Assembly (NCBI RefSeq): GCF_001194135.2
Contig: NC_068982.1
Span: 131,060,231 to 131,100,104, forward strand
Origin: Octopus bimaculoides
Lineage: Eukaryota
Reading direction: 5' to 3'
DNA length: 39,874 nucleotides
A model generated the notes under the pieces. It saw nothing but the letters and a program-made list of their open reading frames with translations, made no database searches and was not told the DNA's origin. Below, one piece after another: positions 22,064 to 35,705 of this stretch; within the stretch, counting starts at the first letter, position 1; each line of letters starts with the position of its first letter. A program made the translations under genes and the position numbers.

Positions 22064-22243
22064 AAGGCAGTGTCCTGGTAGAATCATTTGCATGCTGGGC
22101 AAAATGCTTCATGGCATTTCATCCGTCTTTACATACTGAGTTCAAATTCCACGAAGGTTGACTTTGCCTTTCATCCTTTTGGAGCTGATTAAATAAGTAC
22201 CAGTTATGCACTTGGGGTCGATATAATCAACTTAATCTCCTCC
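22064..22243 (+). mobile_element. Family B SINE
   Basis: GGTTGACTTTGCCTTTCATCCTTT...TAAATAAGTACCAGTTATGCAC.TGGGGTCGATATAATC. Confidence 0.85.
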
Positions 22244-22277
22244 TTTAAGCTGTCCTTGCAGCAAAAATTTGAAATCA

Positions 22278-22292
22278 TCATTATCATCATCA

Positions 22293-22343
<51 letters not shown>
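22278..22343. repeat. (ATC)/(ATT)n microsatellite
   Basis: Direct reading. Confidence 0.95.
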
Positions 22344-22346
<3 letters not shown>

Positions 22347-22347
<1 letters not shown>

Positions 22348-22540
22348 AGGCAGCAAGCTGGTAGAATCGCTTGCATGCTGGGCAAAATGCCTTGTGGTAG
22401 TCCGTCCATATTTTAAGTTCAAATTCTGCTGAGATCAACATTGCTTTCATCCTTTTGGGGTTGGTAAGATAAGTACCAGTTGAGTAATCAACTATCCCCC
22501 ATCCCTCAAATTTCAGGCCTTGTGCCTGTAGTAGAAAGAT
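22347..22540 (+). mobile_element. Family B SINE
   Basis: AAGGCAGCAAGCTGGTAGAATC...TTGCTTTCATCCTTTTGGGG...AAGTACCAG...CAGGCCTTGTGCC. Confidence 0.8.
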
Positions 22541-23197
22541 TATAATTATTATTATTGTTATTATTATAATTATACAATGTTTTCAGCCATCCATTGTATA
22601 AGCAGAGAGAGAGAGAACAGGAAAAACATTAAAATGAGATAGACATTAAATGTCTGATGTCAAGTCATTTTTCAAGTCAGTGGCACCAAATAAATAGTGC
22701 CAAGACAGCTGTGCCAAAATGTCTCATACTCCCATGGAGAGTGCTGGGTGCATTTTATTGTAGCACCAGCAAGAACTAAGGGAGCTTTTATGTTTCTGAA
22801 CAGACTAAAGAGTCCTCTCAACCTACATTGTCCTAGTTCACTTGCTATTGTAATTCCAACAATGGAAATGCAGATGTAATGTTCACTCCATTGTGGTTAA
22901 AAAGCAACAAACTACTTGTTAGGGAAAGAGAAGTAGGATGCTAGAAATCTGTCCCATTCCAAATACTAAACTTACAGTAGTAATTTGAGATAGTCAGAAC
23001 TTATATCATTGGTTAAATCTGTACAAATGCACCATTACAATACAATGTTTAAGAGGTGTCACTTCAGGATAAATACCACATTACCTGATCTTTCAGTGGT
23101 GTATATACATTAAGTATGATACATAGGCAGGTATTTTAATGTTTGCTATAACAATGATGATGAATGTTATAGTAAACATTGGTGATAATAATGATAA

Positions 23198-23516
23198 TAC
23201 TCTCTTTACTCTTTTACTTGTTTCAGTCATTTGACTGCGGCCATGCTGGAGCACCGCCTTTAGTCGAGCAAATCGAACCAAGGACTTATTCTTTATAAGC
23301 CTAGTACTTATTCTATCGGTCTCTTTTGCCGAATCGCTAAGTTACGGGGACGTAAACACACTAGCATCAGTTGTCAAGCGATGTTGGGGGGACAAACACA
23401 GACATACAAACATATATACACACACACATATATATATATATATATACATATATACGACGGGCTTCTTTCAGTTTCCGTCTACCAAATCCACTCACAAGGC
23501 TTTGGTCGGCCCGAGG
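23198..23516 (-). mobile_element. Young family A SINE running into the assembly gap
   Basis: CpG-intact reverse complement of 20830-21112; head lost in the N-gap. Confidence 0.92.
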
Positions 23517-24168
23517 NNNNNNNNNNNNNNNNNNNNNNNNNNNNNNNNNNNNNNNNNNNNNNNNNNNNNNNNNNNNNNNNNNNNNNNNNNNNNNNNNNNN
23601 NNNNNNNNNNNNNNNNNNNNNNNNNNNNNNNNNNNNNNNNNNNNNNNNNNNNNNNNNNNNNNNNNNNNNNNNNNNNNNNNNNNNNNNNNNNNNNNNNNNN
23701 NNNNNNNNNNNNNNNNNNNNNNNNNNNNNNNNNNNNNNNNNNNNNNNNNNNNNNNNNNNNNNNNNNNNNNNNNNNNNNNNNNNNNNNNNNNNNNNNNNNN
23801 NNNNNNNNNNNNNNNNNNNNNNNNNNNNNNNNNNNNNNNNNNNNNNNNNNNNNNNNNNNNNNNNNNNNNNNNNNNNNNNNNNNNNNNNNNNNNNNNNNNN
23901 NNNNNNNNNNNNNNNNNNNNNNNNNNNNNNNNNNNNNNNNNNNNNNNNNNNNNNNNNNNNNNNNNNNNNNNNNNNNNNNNNNNNNNNNNNNNNNNNNNNN
24001 NNNNNNNNNNNNNNNNNNNNNNNNNNNNNNNNNNNNNNNNNNNNNNNNNNNNNNNNNNNNNNNNNNNNNNNNNNNNNNNNNNNNNNNNNNNNNNNNNNNN
24101 NNNNNNNNNNNNNNNNNNNNNNNNNNNNNNNNNNNNNNNNNNNNNNNNNNNNNNNNNNNNNNNNNNNG
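23517..24168. other. Assembly gap (652 N)
   Basis: Direct reading. Confidence 0.99.
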
Positions 24169-24221
24169 GGAGAGAGAGGGAGAGAGGGAGAGAGGGAGAG
24201 AGAGAGGGAGAGAGAGAGAGA
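24169..24221. repeat. (GA)n / (GAGAGAGG)n at gap edge
   Basis: Direct reading. Confidence 0.9.
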
Positions 24222-24547
24222 GTTATCTTGTCAATAGATTTATGTCAATATTATTAACAATTTTTGCATATCAATATAGACAGTTTATTAAGTGTCTTGG
24301 TGGTGGTAATGATGAGGATGATGATGGAAGTATTGATAGGAATGATAAAGACTATGAAGCCAATCTACTTGTAATTATACAAGCAATGTTTTACAGATAA
24401 TTTGATGTACTAAATTTACATGATGAATGAAGTGGAAGGGGCACAAAGGGATACACAAATGTAATATTGGATGGATATCACCCAAATGTATCCTATATTA
24501 AGCACTCTCTATCTATGTATATCAAAACTCTCTATATACACAAATTT

Positions 24548-24593
<46 letters not shown>

Positions 24594-26066
24594 GTTGCCA
24601 TTCATCATTGAGTTTTCTGAACTATGATGATGATGATTATTTTCAATGGTTGAATGTCAAAGATTGAACCTTTAGTTTGGGGTTCAAGGAAAAAAGCTCA
24701 ACTCCTCCTCCTATGAATTAATTGATTGTAAATAAGTAAAGTTCTTTAATACATTTATGATTTTTCAAAATCAAAGCAATAGGCTGGTATCATTTGGCAG
24801 GTGGTGGTGGTGGTGGTGGTGGGTCAAGTTAGCCTTAATCAAGCAAACTTTTGATAAAGACATTCCAACCATGATCATCCAGTCTTGTATTCAAACTGAG
24901 TATTTTGGAATACATTATCCAACGTGGCCTTCTTTTTTTAAGGCAACAATGAGTAAAGGGAAGTTTGGTTGCCCTTTCTAGTATGTCAAGCAACCACATA
25001 CAGGTCGCATCATTGGTCTGAAACTATAGGTAACAAATTCACTGGTGAAAATGCTGTTTAATAATGATATAAGAGGGTGGCTGTGTAATGTTTTCAGCAT
25101 GTAAGGAGATTGAGGCAATGTTTAAATTGACACAAACTAACGAATCACCATAGTCATCATCACTATTCAATAATCCATAAAATAAATCACAAAGAATAAT
25201 TAATTACTCAGAGATGCCATCAGCATGGAAATAAAAAGTAGATTAATGCTAACATATTTAATGTTGTGAGCATCAAAAACCTAATTAGAAATAATTATGA
25301 GGCGATATAAAGACATCAGTTTAACTATTTCAGTGTGCAACCTGCTCTAGTATGGCCCTGTAAGGTCATCCCCTTGTGGATAGACCACTCAATAGCTTGC
25401 TGCTTTTATAAGTGACAAAGCTTCATGCAAAAATATTGACCAATTTTTGTTCAACAAACATATTTTTTTAAAAGTGACAAAGATTCAATAAATTACATAA
25501 AAAAAAGACCCCCCACACAGGGATTTATGTCAGCAGAAAGGTATATTGCACTGAAAGTATTAATTTAAATCACTTTTATGATATTGGTTGGTGCAAACGA
25601 TCAACTTTACCCTTGAAACACTTATTCCATTCCCAGAAGCTGCCCTGTTTGTTAATATCCAGAGATGCTCTGATTAAAAATATGTGCATGTGTATGTGTG
25701 TGCATGTAATTGAAGATGAGTATTGTCACAATGTTGATATTTATACATATGTGACGTCTATGAAGTGCCAATGATTTTAAAGAATATTTGATCTTCTGAG
25801 TGACCCACACAACACACATGACTATCACGTGCCCAGTAAGTGTTTCACATCAAATGAGTGTTCGTTTAACATTTATCTTTGTCCTATTTTGTTTGGATAT
25901 AGACTGATTGTGTATTGAGTGACTGTATTAATGTGTGTATATTTTTGTAAACATCTATGCATGTATATGTTTGGTTCTAGTCTTTAGGCCCTGTTGATAA
26001 CGTAACAACTCCAGTATTTAATTCTATCAGGTATTTATTTTAACGATTTCTATATTTTGAACTGAT

Positions 26067-26098
26067 GTGTGTGTGTGGGTGTGTGGGTGTGGGTGTGT

Positions 26099-26140
<42 letters not shown>
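26067..26140. repeat. (GT)n / (GTGTGG)n microsatellite
   Basis: Direct reading. Confidence 0.9.
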
Positions 26141-26143
<3 letters not shown>

Positions 26144-26716
26144 TTTTAATGGTGGTTCAATCAATTGAATTACCTGCTTGTAGAGTTGGTGACTGACCAT
26201 TCCACAGATACATGTACACTTGACATAGACCTCAGGCAGAATCAGTAAGGCAGTGTGTGACAAGTTTGTACTTTTGAATTACATATACAAACAATCTGAT
26301 AAACTTGAATACAGTTTCTCTCAACCCAAGTGAGTGAGTGAGTGAGAGAGAAAGAGAGGGAGAATGTGTTAATGGAGTTCTATAGCATCAAGCCTGGAAC
26401 ATTATGTGGTTATGAAGTAAATTTTTTAAACCACCGAAACATATTTATATATATAGCTAAGTTTAATCCTGTCGGTTTTATTCAAAATACGATTTTGAAA
26501 TGATGTCAGAATGAATTTAATAAGTGTGCACCTTTTGAAGTTCTTTTTTTTTTTTTTTTTTTTTTTGCATATGCATAAAAAAACCTGTCAACTGTGGGTT
26601 TTGATGAAAAATTTGTGTTTCATAGTGTTTGCTTATAGTAAGAAATCATTCAATAATTTGTATTTAATGTAGTGTATTCCCTTGTTTGGTGTGTCAGTTG
26701 AGAAAACAGTGTATGC

Positions 26717-27090
26717 TCTTTTACTAATTTCAGTCATTGGACTGTAACTATGCTGAAGTACCATCTTGAAAAGTTTAGTCAGCCAAATTAACCCCAAGGC
26801 TTATTTTAATTCTGGTATTTATCTTTGTTTGTTGCTTATTACTGAACCACCGAGTTATAATCTTAACCAAATCAAGCAATCAGAAACACAACACAAACAC
26901 ACACATACATATAAACACACAGCAGGCTTCAACACATTTTCTATCTACCAGATTCACTCACAAGGAAGTAATCAGCCTGGGGCTATAATAATAGAAGACA
27001 CTTGCTCAATGTGCAACACAAAATGATTGAGCCTGAAACCATGTGGTTGTAAAGCAACATCCTTGACCACACTAGAATGCCTGCACCTAT
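26717..27090 (-). mobile_element. Older family A SINE, full length
   Basis: Reverse complement: ATAGGTGCAGGC...ACCACATGGTTTCAGGCTCAATC...GAGCAAGTGTCTTCTA...TTGTGAGTGAATCTGGTAGA...CAATGACTGAAATTAGTAAAAGAG. Confidence 0.75.
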
Positions 27091-27675
27091 GTGTTCAGAG
27101 CAAATAGAGCTGGTTTTGAAAGGGTTTGGTAAATGTATCTTTTTTCTATTTCTCTATCTTTTTAGATATCTTTTTTTTTATAAACTCTAATTTAATAGAT
27201 TTAAGATTTAAAATAGATTTAGAGATTTAAAAATAAGGCTTTATCATGCCTGCACTTATTTCATTTTATATTTTTAAACTATTTCTTATTTTATTATAAA
27301 ATTATTAAATATATAGTAAAAATCATTTGTTGTGAACTACTACATTCAAGGTGAAACAGTTAAAGAGATTTCGGCATTGTAATTTTAATTTGATGTTGGG
27401 CTACTATATATATAATGTAGTACATTGTTGTTAACATATGCTAATAATGTATACTGTCATTAGTATATGCAGCTATTTTCTTATAAATTAAGATATCAGT
27501 TTTGTAAATATTGAGAAAGTCAAGAAAGAAGATATTTATCAGAAAACCTAAAGCTTCTAAGTAGATATTATTTGGAGAATTTATTGTGTTTTGTGTATTC
27601 TTTCCAAACTACAATTAGGTTTATTGTAATTTTTTGTTCTGCTATAGATTGTTGTCATTATCTGTTGGATTGTAA

Positions 27676-27886
27676 GATAGTGAGCTGGCAGAATCATTTC
27701 CACACCAGCCAAAATGCGTAGTGGCATTTCATCCATCTTTATATCCCGAGTTCAAATTCCAACAAATGTTAACGTTAAAGAAATAAGTACCAACTGAGCA
27801 CTGGGGCTGAAGTAATTGATTTGTCCCCTCTGCCCTGTTAAAAAAAATTTCAGGCTTTGTACCTATTGTAGAAAGGATTATCTATA
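27676..27886 (+). mobile_element. Family B SINE with possible 9-bp TSD
   Basis: GAGCTGGCAGAATC...GAGTTCAAATTCC...AAATAAGTACCA...GAAAGGATTAT; GGATTGTAA at 27667-27675 and 27887-27895. Confidence 0.75.
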
Positions 27887-30800
27887 GGATTGTAATTGTT
27901 CCTGTTGTTTAGACTCAGGTGAGCCCTGATTGAACAGACATTCCAACTGTGACCCTCCTGTCTTTTGATTACATTATCAAATGGGTTATCTTTCCTTTTT
28001 CATATTGGTACAATATGATCTGAAGGAGATTTAGTTGCTATTTCTAGCAAGTTGGAAAACAGGCATGTTACAGAGAGTTTTAATAAGACAGAAACATGTC
28101 CAAAGTTGATGCTCTTACCTACCAAGATCTAATTAAAGTAATATTATATCTTCAGATAAAGTTTTCATTTTACTGCATATGCATAATCAATTAAGTAATT
28201 ATCTTTCTCCTTCCCATTCCATTAAGTATATTGTCCTTAACTTAACTATAAGTAAAGCTGTAACATGAAATGATTTTGACAGATCAATTTCAGGTGACTT
28301 TGACTATTAAATTCATTATTGTGTTTGGTTAGATCAACACTCAACGTTGTTGTGAGGTTTGTTTCGTACTGAAATACATTTGTAGAGTACATGGTTTTCA
28401 AAGGTGTAAAGTTACATGTATAATTATTAGCATATTATGTGAGAATGATGTCAGAACTTCTATTCTTTTGTGGAACTAGTATGGATTCAGGGTAGTGTTT
28501 TGTTACAGAGATATTAGTCATATATTATCTTGTGATTCAAATGTCACATAAATATGTGTAAGATCCATTTTCAGCTCCCATTTGTCAAAGTCTAATCCAC
28601 TGAGAGTTGTGACTCAAAAACAAAAACGAAAACGCTTTGAACTTTCCAGATACCAAGTTGAGTTGTAATCATTTGGCTTAGAGTGGCAAGTGAGCTCAGC
28701 TGTAAAAAGGCAATAATATTTGAGCTACATCAATATTCCAGGATGATCATCAATATTTGTTATATCATAAATATCTTGAATATATTTAAAATATTTAAGA
28801 ATTTAATGACTGAGAGCTATGGGTTATACATGTTCTAAACAGAAGTAATTATCTAAAGAAATTATTTTCCCACTGTCAGTGAAATATACACACAAGTATG
28901 TTCTATTATTGCAGTGCTATACCTGAAGTGATTTATGGATAGCTATATGTTTGTCTTAGTTTAATTGTCATAGTAATTAAGTATAGCACTAATTAAATTT
29001 TACAAAACAGTTTTTGCAGCTCTATTTACTTCAGTAAATACTTCAGATTAATAATATCAATAATTACAACTGTTACAAGAGACAAAGATAATACTTGCAT
29101 GAAAGCATTTACAAATAATACTACTATCACAATAGTAATACATCAAAGTTATACAGAAAAAAGTATCTCACAAGTTAATATCTGAAAAAGTACTAAACTG
29201 CAAATTCAGTAACCTCAATCAGGAAAATACATCCTTTTTAGAAACTGTGAGCTAACGCATCATTATGCTTGATACTGTAAAAATAGTAGCTGAAGAAAGT
29301 AAAGTATTCAAATATGGCATGTTATATATTTTGTATATCTTAAACTGACTGGGAGCTTCACTATAGCCAAACAACTGAGAAAACGACGTAGTGAGTGATG
29401 ATCTAAGGTTACAGGTTTATGATGCAATAACATTTATTTGATGAAAAATTACAGAAATATTCTTTGTAGATGATGAGAAAATTAAAATCTTAATTGGCAG
29501 TAGAAATTGGACTTGGTAATTTTGGCTTTTTAGCTATCTAATTTCTCTCCGAGTAGATGACTATTAATTTCTTTTTCGTAATGTAAAAAAGCCAACAGAG
29601 AAATTAACCTCAATACCAAAATGTAAAGACAAACACAAATATTCATACACTGCAAAAATAAAAACCAGAAACCAAAGAAATAATGAAAATTTCTTTTAGC
29701 TGAACTAATCATAATTCAGAATACATAAGATAAGATTACCATTGAAAGACATTCTTCTCATCACCACTATCTCTTTATGTTCGACGAATAGTCTATAAAG
29801 ATTATTGTTATTGATACATCTTCAGTATGTATGTATGTATACACACACACACACCCAGTGAAGATGTGTCCAGTGACAAAAGGATAAATAGATATATAAA
29901 TACAAAATTAAAAAGAAAAGGAAAATATAAAAAAGACTCATACTTAATTATGACTAATATCACTGAAATACTACCAACATTTTCACTACATAATGTTAAG
30001 TTTTCCTGAATCTATCCCTGCAGAATGGTTTGCCTTCTTCAAGACTTTTTCAAGTATTTTAGTTCTCAGCAGGATTTTGTAAAGTAGTTCTGAGAAATCC
30101 TTGTCTTCAACTCAATACCCCCTCCATCTCTCTCATATGAATCGCTTTACTTTCCATTTCTTTCTAAACATATATCTATCTGTTCTTCTAAAATGGCTTT
30201 CCATCACATTTAGTGACCTTTGACATTTTACTTTACTCTTGTTTGGTGCTACACTTTATATTACCCCGTTGGCTATTCTTGTTTCATTCTCTAATTACGA
30301 GGGCCCCCCCACTAGCATCATTTTTGACTAATATATCTTATCAATAACATCTAAAATACTTTTATTCTTGAGTTTACTTCCTGATTTTAGCTCTAAGGTG
30401 ATGGATATTAAACTATGAATATTGATAAGTCTGATGTATTTGTACTTTTGTTTAACTATAAACTAGAATAGTGAAACAGCTGAAGCCATGGCTAAACCTT
30501 ATGACAGATTTCTTTCAATGAATGAATAAATAAAATAAATAAATAAACTTCTTGTCTTGTAATAGAACTACAATACCATGAAAGAAAGAGCTATAAAAGT
30601 AATTCATGTGCCACATTTTCATATTTTAGCTCATGTGTGTTCAAATCAATAGCAGATATTTTACAGTGTTTCTTGCCAACATCTCAGTTTGCATATTTAT
30701 ATATAAAGACAAAACAGTTCTATACTCTTTGTCTTTGAAGTTAACTGTACTCTAGAAGAGGGCAGAGAAAATGAAAAAGAGCAAGAAGATAAAGTAACAG

Positions 30801-31532
30801 AAATTAGCAAAGGACTGCTACAGAAATAGGTGGAGAGCAAGGTCTATATCAGTGCAAGTAAGCAATTAAAGGTTCACAGGTCATTACTTTTGGTACCCCA
30901 ATGATTATGGGAATGAGTAGATGGGCCAACAAGAACAATATGGAAGCTGCAGAGAAAGTATCTAGATAGCTCTGGCTAAAAACAGGTGAACAATCAGGTC
31001 AGTAGAGTGTCATTTAGACACAGATTAAGACTTGATCAACCTTCAGTTGAATTGTCAGGATAAAGTATGTGCTGCAAGATCTGAACCATCCAGTGAATTG
31101 AGGACACAACACTGACAATGTGTATAGGTATTGCATCTGTAGATGTATGGAGAGCAGGGCTAACATGGGGCAAAATAGATCAACTTCCCCTTGCAAAGTA
31201 CATGTTCCTCTCTCACTTGTGGTTGTGTGGTTTAACAAATGATAACAATAATGATTTCCAATTGAAGTAGAAAATAATAAATTTAGTGGAAGGAAGAGTT
31301 AATTAAGTCACACCCATCATGTGACTCCTATTTATTTTATTGAGTTTTGAAAGATGAAATTGCCCTTGGTTGAAGTCAAACAACTGACAAGCAAATCTGT
31401 GGTATTGAGCTGAATATTAGTTGTAGCCCATCTTTTATACCAAGACAAAACAATGTACACAATAACACTTCCAATCAGTTAAGATCAAAAGCCATGAGAG
31501 TCACTGCCTGCTACTGCATCAGGGCATTTATT

Positions 31533-31930
31533 ATTATTACCTCTGATGATGATGATGATGATGATTAGCAAAGGCGGAGGTATTGTTTTCAGTCATGCTT
31601 GTTTGTTTGTTTGTTTGTTGTCCATGGACAAGATATCTCAAAAACCGCTGGATGGATTCGGATGAAACTTTCAGGGATGTTTGGCCTTGTGACTGGCAGA
31701 AACTGATTAGATTTGGGGATCGATCTGGTACCAGACAAGGATTCTGGATTATTTTTCCGATTTTTTTTTACTTAATTTTTGAGAGTGATTGGGTTCATTT
31801 TTGGTATTCTTGTTTGTGAGAGTAGTTGAGTTTATTTCAGATATTCTCATTTTAAAAAACATCTCCAGCTAATCCTTGAGAGGACGTTGGTGTTGCCTTG
31901 GTGGAGGTTTGCGCTCACTGAGAACTCCTA
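31533..31930 (+). mobile_element. Family G, Helentron-associated element, copy 2
   Basis: Colinear with 21686-22054; TTACCTCTG-(ATG)n-AAGGCGGAGG, (GTTT)n, CCTTGGTGGAGG, GCGCTCACTGAG. Confidence 0.78.
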
Positions 31931-31962
31931 TCATCATTATTATTATTATTATTATTATTATT

Positions 31963-32170
31963 AAGGCAACATGTTAGCAGAATCATTAAAATGTTGGAAA
32001 ACTACTATGCAGTATTTTTCTGGCCTTTATGAGTACATTATGAGTTCAAATCCTGCTGAAGTCAACTTTGTCTTTCATCCTTTCAGAGTTGAAAGTTTTG
32101 GAGCTGACAATATCAATTAATCCCTACCTTCAAATTTGGTGGTCTTGCACCTAAATCAGAAACCATAAAT
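31963..32170 (+). mobile_element. Family B SINE after (ATT)n
   Basis: AAGGCAAC...GCAGAATCATTA...GAGTTCAAATCC...GTCAACTTTG.CTTTCATCCTTTCAG. Confidence 0.75.
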
Positions 32171-32380
32171 ATTATTATTATTAACAGCAATAACAATAAT
32201 AGTGAACCTCAAGATAAACCTAAATATTTTCTTAGCAAAAATGAAGAAGTATCAAATGACTATAATTTGGGGCAGGGGTAAGCCAAGAAGTTGAAGAATT
32301 ACACTGATTATCAATTGAACTGAAGCATTATCCATCATCATTTTTGTAATTGGTACATGTAGAGTGTTACATACATCTAA

Positions 32381-32381
<1 letters not shown>

Positions 32382-32423
<42 letters not shown>
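32382..32423. repeat. (AGT)n microsatellite
   Basis: Direct reading. Confidence 0.95.
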
Positions 32424-33984
32424 CAGTATAATTAAAGTGTTAGTACTACTGTGAAGTTGAATATACAAAGATTTAGGCCAAATGATGTAAATATAATATC
32501 ACATGGCTTGGAAGCAACATATGATATTATATTTATAACAAATCAGATCATATATTATTTTCATCATCAACATAAGCTTCATCATCCTAATACTACTGAT
32601 AAATTCATCTTGTAAAATGAGCACAAAAAGTGAAAGAAAAGGGCAAGATTGACAGAAAAGATCTCAAATATCATAATTTGCACTATGAGAGTTTTCTGCT
32701 TTTTCCATCTCCCCCCCACATTTTTTTATTTTCAAATAATAATTTGATTTTGAAGGTTCTCTTGATATATATATATATATATATCACTTTCTGACAAAAT
32801 CAATCAGTTTTATCTAAACCTAATAAGAAATGCAATTGACACAAGTGATTTATCAAAATAAAAAGACCTGACATCAAACAATAGATTAAAATCAAATAAA
32901 TTCACATTCCACTGCCAAAATTATTGTACCTTTCTTTTTATGATTGTAAGTTCCATTTTCTTTTCTTTTTTTTTTTTGTGTGTGTTATATGAACTATTTC
33001 ATCTTTTCTTTCTAGTTCTCCTGTGTAAAAGCTTAAACATTTTGCAGCAGATTTTACTGTTTACTTGCTTCTGCATCATAACAAAAATAATAACAACCAA
33101 TCAGTTCCCAGCTTGTTCTCTTTCTCCATCCTCATTGAAATAGATGCAAATCTATATCCGTATCACCACAATTTTTCTCTCATGCCATTATGTCATCTCA
33201 ACCAAAATTTGTTTATCCCTTAGCTCCATATCATATTCCAGAAAAATCACATTCAAAGTAGTTCTTTCTGGTTATTGTAGATGTTTTTATCTTTAGTTAT
33301 TGCTCATCTTTCATCATTGTACAGCAGTTTATCTGGAATAACTTCCATATAACCAACTTTCATTACAGAGAGGAGAAAATGTTTCTGTCATCATCATTAT
33401 AGCTTAAAGCTTTTGAGACTATTTCTAGCCACTATAAATTTTCATTACTATATTAATATTACTGCTTGTTGCCTTCTGCAAAATCCATTGATCAAGTTTC
33501 ATAGATAACAGAAATTACCAGCAAAAACTTCTAAAATTCTTTTGTTACAGCAGATCATGCTTGCTTCAACAACATGTAAAACTGTTAAAAACACTAAATT
33601 TGTTAGTAATAATGAAAAGCAGTCACACTGATTCTGAAACATGGTTAGTTCTTTTCTTTTGCAATCTTACAAATGAACTTACTATTCATAAACTAATGTT
33701 ATTAAACCCGTAAAAGAAACATCAAATTATATTCAAATGTAGTAGGTTACAATTAATGAAACAACTGTAATCTCAATAGTCCTAAAGAGTTTTCAAAAGT
33801 CATGGGCATAGCCCTTTCCTATAGACCAAACCAATAAAATAAAAAAAAGAACAATAAATAAATAAGCAAAAGTTTTGTTGTATCTGCAATTCTTTTTTAG
33901 GATCCTTACAGATATTTTATAGTGGATAAAACTAGTACTGAGTTTAATATATTATTTTGTTAATTTATTATTCTATAATTGGTT

Positions 33985-34690
33985 TCAAACAGAGGCTGCT
34001 GTCATCCTGGGCCACCACTATTAACACTAATGCTTGTTTAATTTAGAATCTCTTCCTTGTCCTGTTTCTGGAATTGGTCTTGGTAAAGTAGTGAGTGGGA
34101 CAGAGGTGCCCTTCTTTGTATTTCTTGCAGTGATGTAAGTTCATCTGGTATATCACATAAAAATTTGTTTCATTGTTCTTTGAACATTTATACCTTGTAA
34201 ACCTCTGAGGTCTCTTTGCAAGGCCTGAATAAGCTGTGAGCCTTATTACAGTGTTGGGTTTTTACTCTGGACAGAGAGGGCAGGAACTTTGGTACTAGGC
34301 AGTGGCTTGCGGTCCAGTGATTAGTATAGCTTTCCATGCTGGACCTTCCATAATCTTCCAAATACATATTACTACATATTGTTTATATCCTGTCCTCAAG
34401 GAGTAGAACCTCAGCTTTTATAATCTATGCCTTTAATCTATCTGTTGCACGGAGGTAACCTTCTTGGATTAGTGGCTTAATAGTGAAGTTGGATTGCTTT
34501 GAGTCCTATGATCTCTAGACAATTTGTAGTTCTTAACACTATTTGCCTAGTTACCAAAAATAGATATCTGATTCTTTGAGGAACATTCTTAAGCTTCACT
34601 AGTAACCTCAAGCAGATAACAAGGAAATCAATCCAGTACATCGTTCCATGATAAAAATCAAGTAGGTGCTTCACTTACTGGATTGCTAAC
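33985..34690 (-). mobile_element. Degraded 3' end of a CR1-group LINE (ORF2 C-terminus)
   Basis: Frameshifted minus-strand translation gives FYSLRTG..YVVICIWKIMEG, GSQLIQALQRDLRGLQG and LCDIPDELTSLQEIQRRAPLSHSLLYQ, matching the YSLERRR..IY.WKI.EG / GP.LFN.LP..LR / IPDEP....SNSL pattern of invertebrate CR1-like elements (from memory). Confidence 0.7.
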
Positions 34691-35643
34691 ACAGACATAA
34701 TTCTTGATTTTTAGGAAAGGTCAAAAATGAAAGAGATTCAATTTTCAAAACTACAGCGCTATTATATTATTGAATTTATGAAAACTGTATCCAAAATGTT
34801 ATTTAAAAATGACCTTGACATTATAAAGATGAAAACATACATAGACACCCAAGTGCATATTTAACTTTCGACATAATTTTTTAGTTTAAATGTTTCTCCT
34901 AATTGTCACATGAACTCTTAAATGTGAATTTAGACATCTTTGCATTTAAGGGCTAGGCTGGTTAGTTAACATAACAAGCAGTAGAAGTCGACAAAAGGGT
35001 GTTTATTCAGTTGTTGATTGTTGTTTGGCAAGTATATGATATTTTCCCTATTTCATCTAAAATATTTATATGTAAGTTTTAAAACCATACAGATAATCTT
35101 TTCTTTGGTTAAGTAGGAAAAGCATAAATTAATGAATCAAACCAACCTAATACACACACTAAATGAAAGATTAAATTACAAAAATTTAAATAAAATTTCA
35201 ACAGCAATTTCACCCCCTCCTCACACACACGCACACATACATACATATTATATATATATACATCTCTCTATATATATATCTATGCTGTATGCACTCAGGA
35301 ATGAATACATGCAAGTATATGTGTGATGAGTGTTCAAGCACATTTTGCATGAATAAATATAGGCATGTATATGTTATAAGCAATCTTTACAGCTGTTTAT
35401 ATATACTCAGATATTTTTTCCCCTTATTTGCAGTGTCAAGCAATTTGATGTAATGATCAAAATGACAATAGATAAAATAGATTGTGAACCTCAATAGGAA
35501 CTGATTGTTAAGAAACAGAATAATCAGTTACCTAGAGACAGTCACTCATGTGTGTTGATATATCGATGATATATGCACACCTCATGTTATCAATCACAAT
35601 GGGTTATCGATAACAATAACAGCACTGTATTTCACCAAGATTT

Positions 35644-35645
<2 letters not shown>

Positions 35646-35703
<58 letters not shown>
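35646..35703. repeat. (ATT)n microsatellite
   Basis: Direct reading. Confidence 0.95.

Positions 35704-35705
<2 letters not shown>

Noticed and set aside
23371-24400. Long ORFs of 251-339 aa
   Set aside because: Open only because they run through the N-gap; the same applies to 36722-37531.
30000-31250. Possible further decayed LINE fragments (30000-30400 minus, 30760-31240 plus)
   Set aside because: Composition is suggestive but I could not recover a recognisable motif series; needs RepeatMasker or a translated search.
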